Source: Chrysomallon squamiferum
Lineage: Eukaryota > Animalia > Mollusca
DNA length: 64,000 nucleotides
Direction: 5' to 3'
Assembly: GCA_012295275.1 (NCBI GenBank)
Contig: CM022676.1
Span: forward strand, 6,882,001 to 6,946,000
Every line of letters begins with the position of its first letter. Within the stretch, counting starts at the first letter, position 1. The translations under genes were made by a program, and so were the position numbers. This document shows, piece after piece, positions 45,539-59,690 of the stretch. A model generated the notes under the pieces. It saw nothing but the letters and a program-made list of their open reading frames with translations. It was not told the origin of the DNA and did no database searches.

Positions 45539-46431
45539 ATAAAAAAAAAAAAAAAAAAATGATAAATGCATATTTCAAAAACATTTTCTATAATTCCATT
45601 GTTTTCTTTTATTATTACCTCTTTAGTTTTGATCCTGATTTTATATCGCACACCCTTATTCTGTATACTTCCCCCAGACTGGAGTTCAGCATTGTGGTAG
45701 CCGCAGTTGTCACAGTTAAATGATGACACAATCACTTCATGAAAAAATGGAATTTTGGTCAGTAACAATCTTGTTAGACCCTGAATAAAACAAATTTTTA
45801 TCATCAGCAATTAACTAAACTTCTTTTTAAATTTAAAAAAAATAAAATAAAACAATAAAAATTCAACATTATTTCACATGTGTTTTATAAGCACTGTGTC
45901 TTAATGGTATTTTTGAGATTGAAAATATGATGCAGCTGGCACCAACTGTACCTCTATTTCAGATTCAAAATGCATATTTTAAAAAATATAAGTATACCTT
46001 AGGCTTTTTATCAATTTTATTTATATCCATCAATGATCTTGATATATTAGCAGTTGTATTTTAGGAGAAAGCCATGATGCTTGTTATGGCAAAGCCCAGC
46101 CATGATGATTTATGTTTGTTGTGGGTAGTGATATGATGGATGTGAATAAAGCTTATAAATATGTTTCAAAAAACAATTCTGTTATTTGTATTCCTCTGAT
46201 GTGAGGACACCTGCAGTGTAGGAACACTTTTCCTCAGCCCCAAGGGTTCTGTACAAGACAGGTTTATTATTTGAATATTCTTTCTGTATCAGTTTCCATT
46301 TAAAGTTAGAATTCTTGCAAAAATACCTGTTTTTCACAGTTAACGCAAATACTTTCAATTTCAGTTATCTCAGGAGCATCATCAGCACTGATAGCTGGAA
46401 AATACGATTGTTGTGCATCATCTTTAGACAT
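38652..46431 (-). CDS. ZPR1: Zinc finger protein ZPR1 (eEF1A chaperone), about 443 aa
   Basis: 14 coding exons: 46431-46327, 45780-45619, 44884-44800, 44465-44395, 44077-43991, 43286-43246, 42758-42674, 42339-42262, 41957-41891, 41532-41372, 40860-40750, 40110-40021, 39579-39511, 38771-38652 (TAA). Two C4 zinc fingers (CVNC...CDNC; CPDC...CDSC), [34 protein letters not shown]-terminal [12 protein letters not shown]. Confidence 0.97.
41533..41890 (-). other. U12-type (minor spliceosome) GT-AG intron in ZPR1
   Basis: 5' splice site GTATCCTTT at 41890; branch site TTCCTTAAT at 41549-41541, close to the AG; no polypyrimidine tract. Confidence 0.9.
42759..43245 (-). other. U12-type AT-AC intron in ZPR1
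   Basis: 5' splice site ATATCCTT at 43245; branch site CCTTAAC at 42774-42768; 3' AC at 42760-42759. Splicing restores FIENP|RAPNIDP in frame. Confidence 0.95.
46200..46268. mobile_element. Probable MITE fragment (Tc1/mariner-pogo-like right end)
   Basis: GAGGACACCTG...GGAACACTTTT...CCCCAAGGG...AAGACAGGTTT resembles the ends of common invertebrate MITEs; recognised from memory only. Confidence 0.35.
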
Positions 46432-46992
46432 TGTGCTAAACAAAACTGGAATAAGATATAAACAAAATTATTAAAATTAAGAATTAGCTGATATGTACTG
46501 TTAAAATCTATTCATGCACGCACACACCCTTATATATACACACTCATAAACCCATACACACATACAATTTGTCCATGTTATTCTTATCATCTTATTTAAT
46601 TAAAAAAGTACTGAAATAAAATTAAAGATAAATCTTTGCTTTTATTGATTTTAAAATTATGATTATTATTATTATTATTATGATTTATTATTATTATTAT
46701 TATTTTAATTTTAATTTTTTGACAGGAGGCCATGGATTACGAAGCCAAAAAGAGAAAATTACGACTATGGAACGCAGACTTATAGTTAAATAAATACGAT
46801 AAATAATAAATAAAAAATACTGAAATTGAAATAAAGGTTTTATAATTAATAATAATATTTAATCATATTATTATAAACTTATATAAGGTGGAATAAATTC
46901 GTAATTATTAGTAGCTATGATTTATTACAGTAAAACAGTTATAATCTTAACTTAATATAAAATAACTGAAAAACTAAACAAATTATTCTTAC

Positions 46993-47662
46993 ATGCAAAT
47001 CGCAATAAGTATTGTGTATAATTATGTGATCACGTATCTCTGATCTCAGTAGTCTTCAACACATGCTAACAACAGGATGTTGTTTCACTGCACAGGATGT
47101 TAGTTTTAGTTCTTTAAAAAGTTTAAATTGATAAAATTTCGAAAAGATAATAATAGTGATTTTAAAAAAAGAGAGAGAGAAAGAAATGTAATAACATTTT
47201 AAAATTATTAGTTATAACTAAAATAATTTTTTATTATATTTAGAATAATGAATAATTATATAAAATAAATATAAATACCAAACACTGAAACAATAATCCT
47301 AAAGATAACATGATAGTGAAGATGAAGATATCAATAACAACAACAATGACAACAATAATAATAAAAACAATCACAATATAAATAGAATCATAATTATAAA
47401 CAATTGCGACTTTATTTATTTAATTATTATATTTAGCATCTTAATACAATTCTAAATTCGTACATATTTCGAACTTGGATTTAGGTTATCAGAAAACGGA
47501 AGTTAATATTTCTTGTCCCGCTTCCGACCAATCAAATGCAATATCATGGTCAGGCACATGGCGGCGTGCACGATGAGATTGACACTGGATCAAAATTAAT
47601 ATATTAAAAATACATTTGTCGTTGTTCTCCTTTAGTTTTAAGTGACAGTCGTTAACTAAATT
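46993..47662. promoter_or_regulatory. Bidirectional promoter region shared by ZPR1 (-) and TOMM40 (+)
   Basis: ZPR1 non-coding exon donor at 46992; Ets-like CGGAAGT at about 47497; CTTCCG and CCAAT at about 47521-47533; YY1-like ATGGCGG at about 47558; CpG-retaining. Confidence 0.65.
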
Positions 47663-48939
47663 ATGGGTAACGTTTTTGCAGCCAGTACACCACCTGCAAA
47701 TATCCCCCCTCCACCTATTGGTGCCCCTCCGCCACCAACAGAGCCACCGGTATCGGCGACCTCTGCATCCCAGGTGAATAAGCCAGAGGACACTAGCAAT
47801 CCGGGTACTTTTGAAGACCTTCATAAAAAGTGTAAAGGTTTGTCACTTTATTTAAAATTTAACTATCTTTTGTTTGAGAGTTTTTGGAATAAAACGTATG
47901 CTTAGTTTGAGATTGATTCTCAGTCACGTTTCCTGCAAACTGGAAAATGTAGGCTGAATTATTACTATTGAATAATACACATTTGAATCAAACAAAATTG
48001 CAGTATTTTAAAATCTCTTTTGATCTTTTATTTTTCTATGATTTTAATTTTCTAATCACAGATGACAGTAATTTGGAAGTTTTATTTTTGAAATCATCTG
48101 TTCTATATATTATAACTATATGTAATTTGATACATATTAATATTATGTAACATAATGCTATATCATGAATATGATACTTAATAAGTTCATAGTTTGTTTC
48201 AGATTAATGCTCATTAATGATTTTAAAAAGAAATAATTTTGTCTTCATTATAATGCTAATTTAAGAAATATTGGTTCAATTAATGTCACCAAAAAAAAAT
48301 GTGTGTAAAAACATTATTTCCTTAATTTAAAAAATGTGTGTTATAGTTTATACTATGTTCTTTCCACAGAATTATTTCCACAAGTGTTTGAAGGGGGCAA
48401 GTTGATAGTTTCCAAAGGATTGAGCAGTCACTTTCAAATCAGCCATACTTTGTCGCTGTCAACATTCCAACCTTCTGGCTATCGGTTTGGTGCTACGTAT
48501 GTTGGGATAAAACAGTTTAGTCCTACTGAAGTTAGTGATTATATAGCAGCCATTCTGCATTTTCATTCTATAAATATTTTCAGACATAAACACACAGTTA
48601 TGTAAGAATATTTGAAATTTTTGAAATTGCATATATTATATATTTATCTATATATATAATTATATTATAATTCAGACTTCAATTTTAAAGCATTTATTCC
48701 AGAGATGTATTAATTTTATTCTATGTATTTTGTTTGGAAATATAATTTTATGTGAAGTTCAGTTTACAATTAAATGTTCTAAACTGATTTTTAGAATGTT
48801 AATTTAATCAAAATAAAAGATTTATGTTTTAATGTTGGTTACAAATTCGGTAAACAGTGGTATTTTTATTTTTATTTTTGTTACGTTTTTGGGTGTTATT
48901 CAACAAACCGGTTTCTAACTGCAGTAACAGTAAAAGTGT

Positions 48940-48975
<36 letters not shown>

Positions 48976-51658
48976 TTATTTAGTTGTGATGTTATTTTCA
49001 GGCATTTCCAGTTATTATTGGAGATGTGGACCCAAGTGGCAATCTCAATGCCAATGTTATTCATGCATTTACAGATTCAATACGAGGCAAATTGGTAGCC
49101 CAAGTACGTGAGGATATTCAGTTTGTTTCATTACCAAGACATTATTAAAACTATTTGAAATATATATATAGAATAAAATGAGAGAGATATTTATGAAGCA
49201 TAGATTATGAAAATATGCACTGAGAATTCATTTGCACACATGCATGGACAGAAGCACATGTTTGTTCTCTTTCCAATTATAATGCAGTTTTATAATTATT
49301 AAAAAAAAAAAAAAAAAATTGTTAACAAATGTTTTTTTTATAAATATTTAGCATCAGAACTAAATTTTTAATTAACATTTTTAATTAATTCATAATATTT
49401 AATTTTTCTATTTTTTAGATACAAAACAATAAATGTATTGCTACGCAAATAACCGCTGACTATAAAGGCAAAGACTTCACTTCATCATTAACGTTAGGAA
49501 ATATAGATATAGTAAATGAATCAGGTAAGTACTTGGAAATTTGCTGTTAATTTTATTATATTTCAGTAAAATATTTCTCAAGCATAACACATACTGAAAA
49601 ATAATGGAGTTTGCAGACAAGGCATTATTCACATAACTTTTAATCTTTTTGTGAACAGACCCCAAAAAATTAGGTTACTGTGTTGTAAAGGAAAATATTT
49701 CCATTTTTCTAACAAAAAACAGTAATCAAGAAAACAACACTTGAGATATTTCATCCATGAATGTCACATTTTGTTCTTTTAATAATTTAAATGCAACATA
49801 AAAAAACAATCTAATAACTATTAATATATTTTGCTGTATCATTAAATAAAATATTTATGCAGTTATTTTAATTTTAATATATTGATCTTTGTTTCAAACC
49901 TTATGTGCACTTGGTTATTTGAATAGTTTCACTTATGATTTATACAGAATGGTTATGAATTCATTTTAGAATTTGTTTGTAATAATATCTGAAAACAGCA
50001 TTACCAAATTTTCTGAGAGCATTACTCAGTTCTAAAATTAATATAATTTTGCTGCATGTGTGTGTACATGTACTCATAAATATGTTAGGTTTGTTAAAAA
50101 AAAAAAAATTAACCCTTTTTTTTCATTTTTTTTTCTTCAGGTATAGCAGTAACACAGTATTTACAAAAAGTAACACCTCACTTAGACCTTGGAACTGAAC
50201 TTCTTTATCAGTATGGACAGCAGATACCTGGTGCCCAGGTGACAGTTCTCTCCCTGGCTGGTCGTTACTCAGGTAACTTTGTAACATGTGTAACAAATCC
50301 AGAACCAAAATGAGTTAATCCCCCTTAAAAATAAGAAATGAGTACAGATTATACAGAGATGTTAAACCCCTCCAGCTGTGTTATTAGGTATTTAAAAAAA
50401 AAAATATTTGATTTCAATCCAGCAAGCATTTTGTTCAGTTTATTTGTCAAGAATAATTGCAAGTTTCAGGATCATTATATAAACTGTAAAGAATACTGCA
50501 TAAAATTTTGCTATGCATTTGAATAACTACTGTTGTTGTTGCTTAAATAAAGATTTGGCATTTATTTCAGTGTCAAAATTATTTTCAGACAGTTTTATGA
50601 ACAAAATATTCTTCTGTACACAATGCTATTAACATTAATAAATATAAATTATATACTCAAATTAGTACAGTAAATGTTGATAATTTTCAATTTTCAAATT
50701 AGCTATTAATAAACTAAATTACACTTTCAGATTAATTATTAACATTATTTAATGAATGTTAATGAATGGAAATTGTACATTCAGATTATAAATATTAATA
50801 AAATTATAATTCACAGTAAAATGTTAATAAGTTATAATTCAGAGTTAATTGTTTTATTTCAGGAGAGAACTGGCAGTTAACTGGAAATGTGAGTCCACTT
50901 GCAGGCAGTGTTCATTCATGTTACGTGCACAAAATCACAGATCAGCTGCACATCGGAGCTGAACTGGAGACGAGTTTTCGCCTGCAGGAGAGTGTAGCTA
51001 CTGTGGGCTACCAAATAGAAATTCCAAATGCTAATGCTACTTTCAGAGGTAACAGGAATGTTTGATAAAGACAGAAATAAGATTTGGTTGTTACATTAGT
51101 TTTATAAAAACACAAATGTGACCTAGTTTGGTTAAATATCTTCGAGACGTTAATTCTACATTCGGAGGTCAAAGGGAATGTTTTGTTAAGTTATTAGACA
51201 AAGGAACTGTATTATTTTAAACTTCTTTAGTATGTTGATTTTGTATAGACAAATTTTATACACCCTTTTTTTTTTTTTTTTTTTTTTTTTAATAATATAT
51301 CTAATTTTTAAAATTATTATTTAAATTATATTAATTTTTTTAATGTTATTTAACTAGTCACTGTGTTGGTGCTTCTCATATCAAAGTTTTGTGATTCATT
51401 TTAATTTTTAAAAAACCTAAGGAATTTTGATCTGCAGATTTTTTTTTGTATATTTCTAAAATGTTTTAGTTAGGTAAACCTGTGTCCATTTCCTTAAACA
51501 TATTTAGAAACAGTAAAAATATCAGGCCTTAAAAACTATTTTGTAAATGTGATAAATCTTTCATTTTGCTGGGTTATTTTTTTTTTTTTTTTAAATCATC
51601 TTACTCTTATTATTGAGACATAAATTTTTGTAACTTCAGCTTGTTATTAATAATTATT

Positions 51659-51701
<43 letters not shown>

Positions 51702-51845
51702 CCAGGTCAGCTAGATACCAACTGGTGTATTGGTGCTGTTCTAGAAAAAAAACTTCCTCCCTTTCCATTCACATTGGCTCTTAGCGGATACGCAAACCAT
51801 GTGAAGGGACAATATAGGTTTGGAATTGGACTCATAGTAGGCTGA
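47663..51845 (+). CDS. TOMM40: Mitochondrial import receptor subunit TOM40, about 333 aa
   Basis: 7 exons: 47663-47837, 48370-48530, 49002-49103, 49419-49524, 50141-50272, 50863-51048, 51706-51845 (TGA). MGNVFAA start, Pro-rich N-terminus, [50 protein letters not shown]-terminal [10 protein letters not shown]. Confidence 0.98.
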
Positions 51846-54768
51846 TACCTGCGACAGCATACATACAGAATGTGTTGTTTGGCGAGTAGTATCATCAGCT
51901 ACTTAAAGGCAACTACACACAAGACGATTTTTTTATAAAACTTAGAGAACTGGTGGCAGATGAGTTCAGCTGCCAGATGTGTATATGTGTTCACTATATA
52001 GATATGCTTGACTGGAACAAAACTGTGTGACACTGCAGATTTTACTGCTGCTAGATGGCATTCTGATTGGTCAATAATGTATAATGTGACTTTTTTAAAT
52101 AAAAAAAAAAAAAGAAAATGAAAAAAAGGATGCTGCTTATTATAGGAGAGAGAACTCTTCATTTTATCTACACTGAATAATGATGTCGGGGTGGAAATGA
52201 TTTGGATTTGATTTGGATTTGATTTGGAAACTTTATTTCTTTTCTATGTCAGCTTTACTGTCACTGCCTAAGAAGATTACTAATTTTCTAGCACTGATTC
52301 TAACAACAAATTTTAATGGTTGATAATACAAAATAGGTCCAGAAAAGTTACTTACAACTTGTCAAATGGTAGAACACAGTTTCTAAATTCAGCAGATGTT
52401 TAAACTTATCATTCATTATTCAACATTTTATATTCTGAATTTTATTACATATTTTGTTCTTTGTTCAGAAAAAAATGGGTTTCTTTTCTTTTTTTTTCTT
52501 CTTCTTTCTTTAAGACTTTTTAACTTACAGAAATCAGCAGAAGAAAATGATATATTACATTTTTAACCAGTGTTAAAATAATATCTGCTGACAAGAAAAT
52601 TTATGGTGTCAAAATCCCCCCCTTGTCCTTCAGTTATTTCTTCTGTTAGTGTTAATCATACAACATTGCTGAAACTACATTGAACTGTCGTCTTTTACAT
52701 GTACTAACATTTTTAGATACCATCTGCTCATTTGGTATAATCCAACAAAAACAATGGTCATTATGATCATTTTTCTATATAGCAACATGGCTTGAAAGAA
52801 TATATAAACATTATATATAATTCTATTTGCATTAAACACAAGTTCAAAAATATATTTATAATCATAAGTTTATCCAAGAACTTTAATCATGAATCTCTCT
52901 TGAAAATCACATCTGTTTATAACAAAAGCTGATTTTAATCTTTTTTTATATATATACTTGCATAATTCTTTTTTTTTTTTTTTTTTTTTTTTACGTCACA
53001 AAATCTCAGCAAATACAATAATTTAAAATGGTATTCTTCCATTTTGCAGTCATTCTTATATGAGGTTTTATGTGTTAGTATACTAATAAATTACTAATTA
53101 GTTATTTTACCTTAATCTTTGTTTAGCATCTTCAATTCTTTTTTTTCTAATTCTTTTTTTTTTTCCTATTGATTAACTGGGACCATATTAATTCGTTTAT
53201 GTTAATAATTTTAGAATACTATCCTTCTTTTTTTTTTCTTTTTTTTTTCAACCCATTTAAGGGTTAATTTATTTTATATAATGAACATTTTATCTCAGTG
53301 GTTTATTTGAAATAACATCATTAAAAATTTATAACAGGGTATGAATCCATAAGTGGATCTCTATTAAAACATTCTACAATTATAGTTTTAAAAAAAATAA
53401 AAATCTTACAATTTATAAGAATTTATAATTAAATATAAAACAAGAGAATAATTAAGTCTTACTCTGTGGTTAAAAAAACACAACAAAACTTGTTTAATTT
53501 AAAAAAAATTAAACTAAAACTAAACATTTATATATTTTTAAAACACAAATATATCTTGATCATTTTGATCATTATTTTTTTATTATTATTATTTTTATTT
53601 TATTTATTTAAAACATTTTCTTCATCTTTGGCCTCTATAAATCTATTCCATCACAAGTCTTGCATATATTAATGATTATCCTCTGTATTCAGTTCTCAGT
53701 ATAATGGGGTGCTTGTTTGTCTCTACCTTCAGCACTGGGTCTTTTTTTTTACTGGGTGGGTGTTCATCTTCTGATTTGCATTCATCTTTGGGTGGGGTAG
53801 GATGGAGTGGGGTGATTTTTGTCATGTTCTATATTTGACCTGTGTGCTCATTTTCAGGTCTTGTTGTATTTGTAAGTTAACTATTCATGCTGGAACATGA
53901 TAAATGTGAATTGTTAAACGTCTTGAAGAATGTATAAATGATAAAAACATTAATAACTATAAGTGTTACAAACTCTGTATTTCATTAGGTCTGGATATAT
54001 TGTAGTTGTCCTGCAACACAGGAAGATATTAGAAATTTTGTACATTAAAAAAAACCTCATAATAAGAAATAAATGGATTTGTTTTATGTTTGGACAGATG
54101 TCATTTTATTATGAAAATATCTGCTAACTGATAAATAACGCATAAAAAGTATAAATCTGTTGGCTTTTTTTTTTTTTTTGTAATTATATAACCTTTCCTT
54201 AAGCCTTCATATCAGAACTTTTATTTGATGAACATTTTTATCACAAGAGACATGCATATCATGAAGTTTAAGTAAAGCTTACAAGTTTAATTTATTTAAA
54301 AAAAAATATTTAGATAATATAAATTTAATAAAAATTGTCCCAAATGTTTACTTAACATTTATCCACAGAAAACAATTATTATTAAAAAGAGAAAGTTAAA
54401 TAAATTTAATGCAACTCTATTCTTATTAATTACCAGTATTTTTCAGCTGTTAGAGACAAAAACAAGGAGCTCTGTTTGGAATTGGATAAATCTGATAAAC
54501 GCTCCAAAGATGATTAACACTGTGGTCCATACCATTTTGTGTATGTGTTTGTCAGCACTGAGCCAAAAACATTTGTTAATTTTTGGAGCTTGGAAACAAC
54601 AAAAAAGATATGTTTATTCTAAAATTTTGTCTGAAAAACAGAAAAATGAAGTACATTTTGGCATACCTGATCAAATAAAGACTAGAAATATGAGTCAAAA
54701 GAATTGGTAAAACAAAACATAATTAAAAAAAAAACTTAACTAAAACCTACAGTGAAGAGAACTATCAA

Positions 54769-54809
<41 letters not shown>

Positions 54810-56574
54810 CAAAATGGCTAGTAACAATGGTTAGAACCAAACTGGCTTATAACATATGTATGTACACACACACACACACACACACATATATATCTTACTT
54901 ACATGTATTAATGTAATGTAGGATAGGTTTAGTTTATTTTTGGAATTAGTCACAATTGCATTAAACATTTTTAAATACTAGCTGTTTCAGAGCCAGCTAT
55001 TGTTACAGTTATGCAGGAATTTTCTTGTATATTTTGAGAGCGAGTTTGTTTTCCATCATATATTGAATGGTAATGAAGTAACTAGATTTCTGTATTTCTG
55101 TTCAGCAGATGTATGTCTTAGATTACAAATAGAAATCTTCAACTGATTTCAGTTTGCTGGAAAATTGGAAGATCATAAGATTAATAGAATATTATTATTG
55201 ATTATTATTGTTATTTTTCATTTATTTTTTTATTTTATTTTTTTCTGTCTTGATGCTGTATAATATATTTGTGTTCATTTTGTAAGAGAAAAAAAAAAGT
55301 AAACTTAAAAAACCAAATATTTAGTATGCAACCCTTTCCTGTATTATTTAATATGATAATATATATTATAACAACAAAAAGTGCTTTTTTGTTATTTCTT
55401 TGTAGATACTTGTATAAAATATCCTTTTTAAAAATCCTCTTGGTTTCAAAATGGCCAGTGTCTTGTGGTTAAAAAAGAATGAAAAAACATCCAGGATGAA
55501 ATGTTTGTGTTTGTTTTATTCATTTATTTATTGGTTTATTATTATTATTTTTTTATTTTTTATTTACTTATTTATTGGTTTATTTATTATTTATTATATT
55601 TTTAATATTTATTTATGTATTAATTTATTATTATTTATTATATTTTTAATACTTATTTATTTATTTATTTTTTTTTTTTTTTTTTTTATTATTATCATTT
55701 TATTTTTATGTTACTGCATATAAAATAAGATGAAGAAAATTTTATAAACCTCGCAGGTTTTTGATATTTACTCCTCTTCATGCCCTCTGGCTGGTTTCAT
55801 AATCAATATAAAATACTGCTTATATTAATTATTGAAACTGCACCCTAGTCCAAAGATCTGGTAGCCATTTTTTAAACAATTTTACTATAGAAAAAAACTC
55901 GACTTAGTAGCACAAAAAACATGTGCCTCATCTGTTATACATTATTCAAATAGCAATGTCTATTGTGCATACAGCCCAAATATTATACTGATACAAATTT
56001 TATTAGTAGAAACAAAGAAACACTTTGAAAGAAATAAACTTTATTTATGCAAAGAACACAGGGAAATGTTGTTTTTTTATCCAGACAGAAGTCATTAATA
56101 ATATATATAACATATTTGATTTTTTTAATTTTGTTTTTTTCTAATTTTGTTTTACATTATTAAATGCAGTATGGTTCATTATTATTCCATCACTAAAAGA
56201 ATTGAAATGTATAACATGAATAATCTTTACACAATTTAAGCAGACATCACTGTCTATTTGGCCAGATCACATGATGGATGGTTCTATCACAGTCATATTA
56301 GAATTTATAAACATTACTGATGAAAAAAAAAATAATTAATTGCATGCAGTCATTCTGTTAAAATCAAATATGGGAATGGTACTGAAATGTGAATTTTTTT
56401 TCAAATGATGTCACTGATCAAAGGAAACAGGAAGGTTGTAGTTAAAAAAAAAAAAAAAAAAAATCTCATCTTTTCATAAATGCAAAAGTAGTTATTAAAT
56501 CATGATTTGTTTTGGTTTTGTTCTAAACTTCAAATTACCAATGACTCAGATTTTTGTCTTTTAATAATTAAAAT

Positions 56575-56752
56575 TTAACACTTAAGAAAGATACTTAGTA
56601 AAACTCCAAAAGTAAGATGAAAAATGTTGATGTTCAAAATTTTGGCGTTATTGCATAGATCGTTGCTGCAGTAACAAATAGTTTCTCCCTTGTCAGTGCA
56701 TCCATCTGGTTGAATTGTAGGTTCGCACGTTCGTTCTACATACACCTCTGTT

Positions 56753-56784
<32 letters not shown>

Positions 56785-57496
56785 ATATATAAATAAAAAT
56801 TATTAAATGAAAAGTGTACCTCAGAACGGTAATAATAATAAATGTTTACGTGTTTTTGAAATTTGTTGAAAAAAGAACAAATTTGATTCTCATAAATTAA
56901 TTCAGCAGTAATAATAATAATAACAACAACAAATTAACAGGAATTAATTAAAATTTATTATTAATTACAAAAATGGCAATAACGATAATAAAATTGAAAA
57001 AAGAAGACAAAAGCCACATGTGAGTTACACTTCACTTTGAAACAACGTTTAAATCAGTGTTCATATATAATATCAATGTACAATATCTTACGCTTTCTTG
57101 AATATTTAGATTTTTTATGGCAACTTCCTGTACAGTTTACAATCAGTAAATAAGATTTTGACGATAACTCGGTGCCTGCGACTGAGCACATTGTGGATCA
57201 ATGTAACTGTAACAACTGTAACACAATAAGGCCGCCACGTAACCTGAAAATAACAAAAATAGTTTGCAAAACCTGATTTTATATTATTATTATTATTATT
57301 ATTATTACAGTGATCACAATTTTTATTTTTATATTTTTAATAATATTATTTAATTAATTAAAACTAAATTTAAGTAAATAAATTAATGGATAATGAATGT
57401 TATCATTAAGAAAAAAGAAAACAAAAAAAAGATTAGTTATCACTTACCAAGAAATAAAAGTGAAAATAAAGTAATAAAGATTTTGAAATGTTTCAT
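56575..57496 (-). CDS. Ly6/uPAR (quiver/sleepless-like) three-finger protein, secreted and probably GPI-anchored, about 124 aa; 1-nt frameshift in exon 2 as assembled
   Basis: Exons 57496-57448, 57243-57092, 56747-56575. Signal peptide MKHFKIFITLFSLLFLGYVAA, then LLCYSCYSYIDPQC.../...IVNCTGSCHK...ERTCEP...DGCTDKGETICYCSNDLCN (10 Cys, terminal CN) and a hydrophobic tail. Exon 2 is 152 nt; a multiple of 3 is needed. Confidence 0.85.
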
Positions 57497-57980
57497 AATA
57501 CAGTTTACTATTTTAAATATGCGAAATATAAACAAAGACTTTGATAGAAAGATAGAAAGTTCGAGTTCTCAAGTTTCTACGTCAACGTAAAACGATGGGA
57601 GATAATCCGTGTGGAGGATGGTGCTTTTTTTGGCTCTGTCTCTCTCTTTTGTTGTTTCGTTAGGGTTTCCAAACCTGGGCTCCCAGAATCTAGCTAGTTT
57701 ATAAGACAGAAACCAGATAAAATGTAACGGAAATACTATTTCTATTCTTATTTCTCCAGAAAATATATTTACTATTGTTATTGTTAAAATTTCTTTTCTT
57801 TCTCTCTGTCTGTTGTTATTATTATTGTTATTGTTATTATTATTTATTTATTTATTTATTTTATCATAAAAACTGAAACAAAAATTAATACAATAACAAA
57901 TTAAATTTAAAAAAAAAGAAAAGTAAAACAATGAAATAATATTTCGGGCATTTGTCTAAATAATGATAATTTTATTTCTT

Positions 57981-58079
<99 letters not shown>

Positions 58080-58706
58080 GAACTGACTGATTTGTTTAGG
58101 CATTAAGCATAATGCCTGGTTTCACAAACTGACGGTAACACACATTATAATAAAATTAAATAATTTGGAGACAGAATATACGATAGTCATTATCTCCCTT
58201 TAGTATCGTGATTTCCTGTTGACACTTTTCTATTTTAGTCGTCGATTCAGGCCATAATTTTGCTGGGTTCCAAAGCTTTAATGCTGATTAATAATAATTA
58301 ATGTCATGTACATAAACAGTTCAGAAACTATAAATTACATCTATGAGAAAAGCATAACCTCTCCATAAACAGTACGTAATAAGTGTTATATTGTATTTAA
58401 GTGTTAAGGTAAATATTAAAATAATCGTTAACGTAAATATTTACACACACACACACACATTTATATATAAAGAATAATACAAAATAGTATCACAGAGGTT
58501 AACGTCTTTACTTTTCTTCATAATGATAATAATAATTAATGATGTAATTAATTTAATGAAAAAAATCTTGATCAAGGTCTTTAACTTTACTAAAATATAC
58601 ACAAGGATTATCTTAATAAAGCGTTCATCTTAATAATTTAAATATAAATCGCTGTCATTTCTAATTTGTTATATTAAAAATATTTTTTGTTGTTCCAGAA
58701 AAGAAG

Positions 58707-59659
58707 ATGAAATTTAAAACAGTCAGGGAAGGTACCCAAGCAGTTGTTTACAATTATCAAGGAGAAGGAAGAATAGTCGAAGGTCCAAAGAGGGTGAGAG
58801 AAACAGCCCCACTCGACACCCTCCCACCAAAATAAAGACAATTTAATTTTGTTTAATTTTTTCTTTCCAGACAACTGATGCTATAATAATATAATAGTAT
58901 TATCTGTAATATATAAGAATGTGTGTTATAATTTTTCAAATTATTTTATATTAAAAATGAAATATTTTTCATTCCAGTTGTTTTTGTTTCGAGAGCGTCT
59001 TCATTTGTTAGAAAGATACAGTGCTGATCAGTATCAGTATCTGAAACTGAAGGACAAAAATGGAATTGTGACTCATAAGAAAGGGTAAACAACATTTTAT
59101 AATTTGTATAACATTTATTAAACAAGATTTAATAGTTAGTCTAAAATCAGTTCTAATATTAGAGATGTCAAACAAGATATATATTTTAATTTCTTAAAAA
59201 ACACACACACACAAAAGCACACACACTTGTATAAGTATGTGGAAAATATGGTCTGAAACTGATACCAAAAAAAATAAATATATATGTATGTACATATGTA
59301 TAAAATCTTAACTTTTTTATTAATATTTTTTTTAAATATATATTTTTCTTATTCTTAATTATTTATTTATTTATTTTATTATTTTTTTATATATATATAT
59401 ATATATTTCAGACCATGTGAAGTATTTTTCAATCCTTTGCTCTATGATTCGGTTGAGGTTTTGTCTGCATGGAAGGTTGATGCTAACCACATGGTTGTTG
59501 TATACAAGACAGACAAGGACAGCAATGTAGAAAGAAGAATCATTCAGGGACCAACAGTGTTTATGCCAGAAGCTGAAGAATGGTAGTAGTAGTTATATTT
59601 TGGTAGTTGTCATTGTAGTAATTATATAGTAATTCTTGAAGTAGTAGTAATATTAGTAC

Positions 59660-59690
<31 letters not shown>

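Noticed and set aside
52000-56500. Possible extra gene between TOMM40 and the Ly6-like gene
   Set aside because: No phase-consistent exon chain or recognisable protein; more likely 3' UTRs and intergenic sequence.
57121-57160. In-frame TGA in the Ly6 gene as selenocysteine or readthrough
   Set aside because: A TAA follows two codons later and the conserved cysteines continue in another frame, so it is a frameshift.
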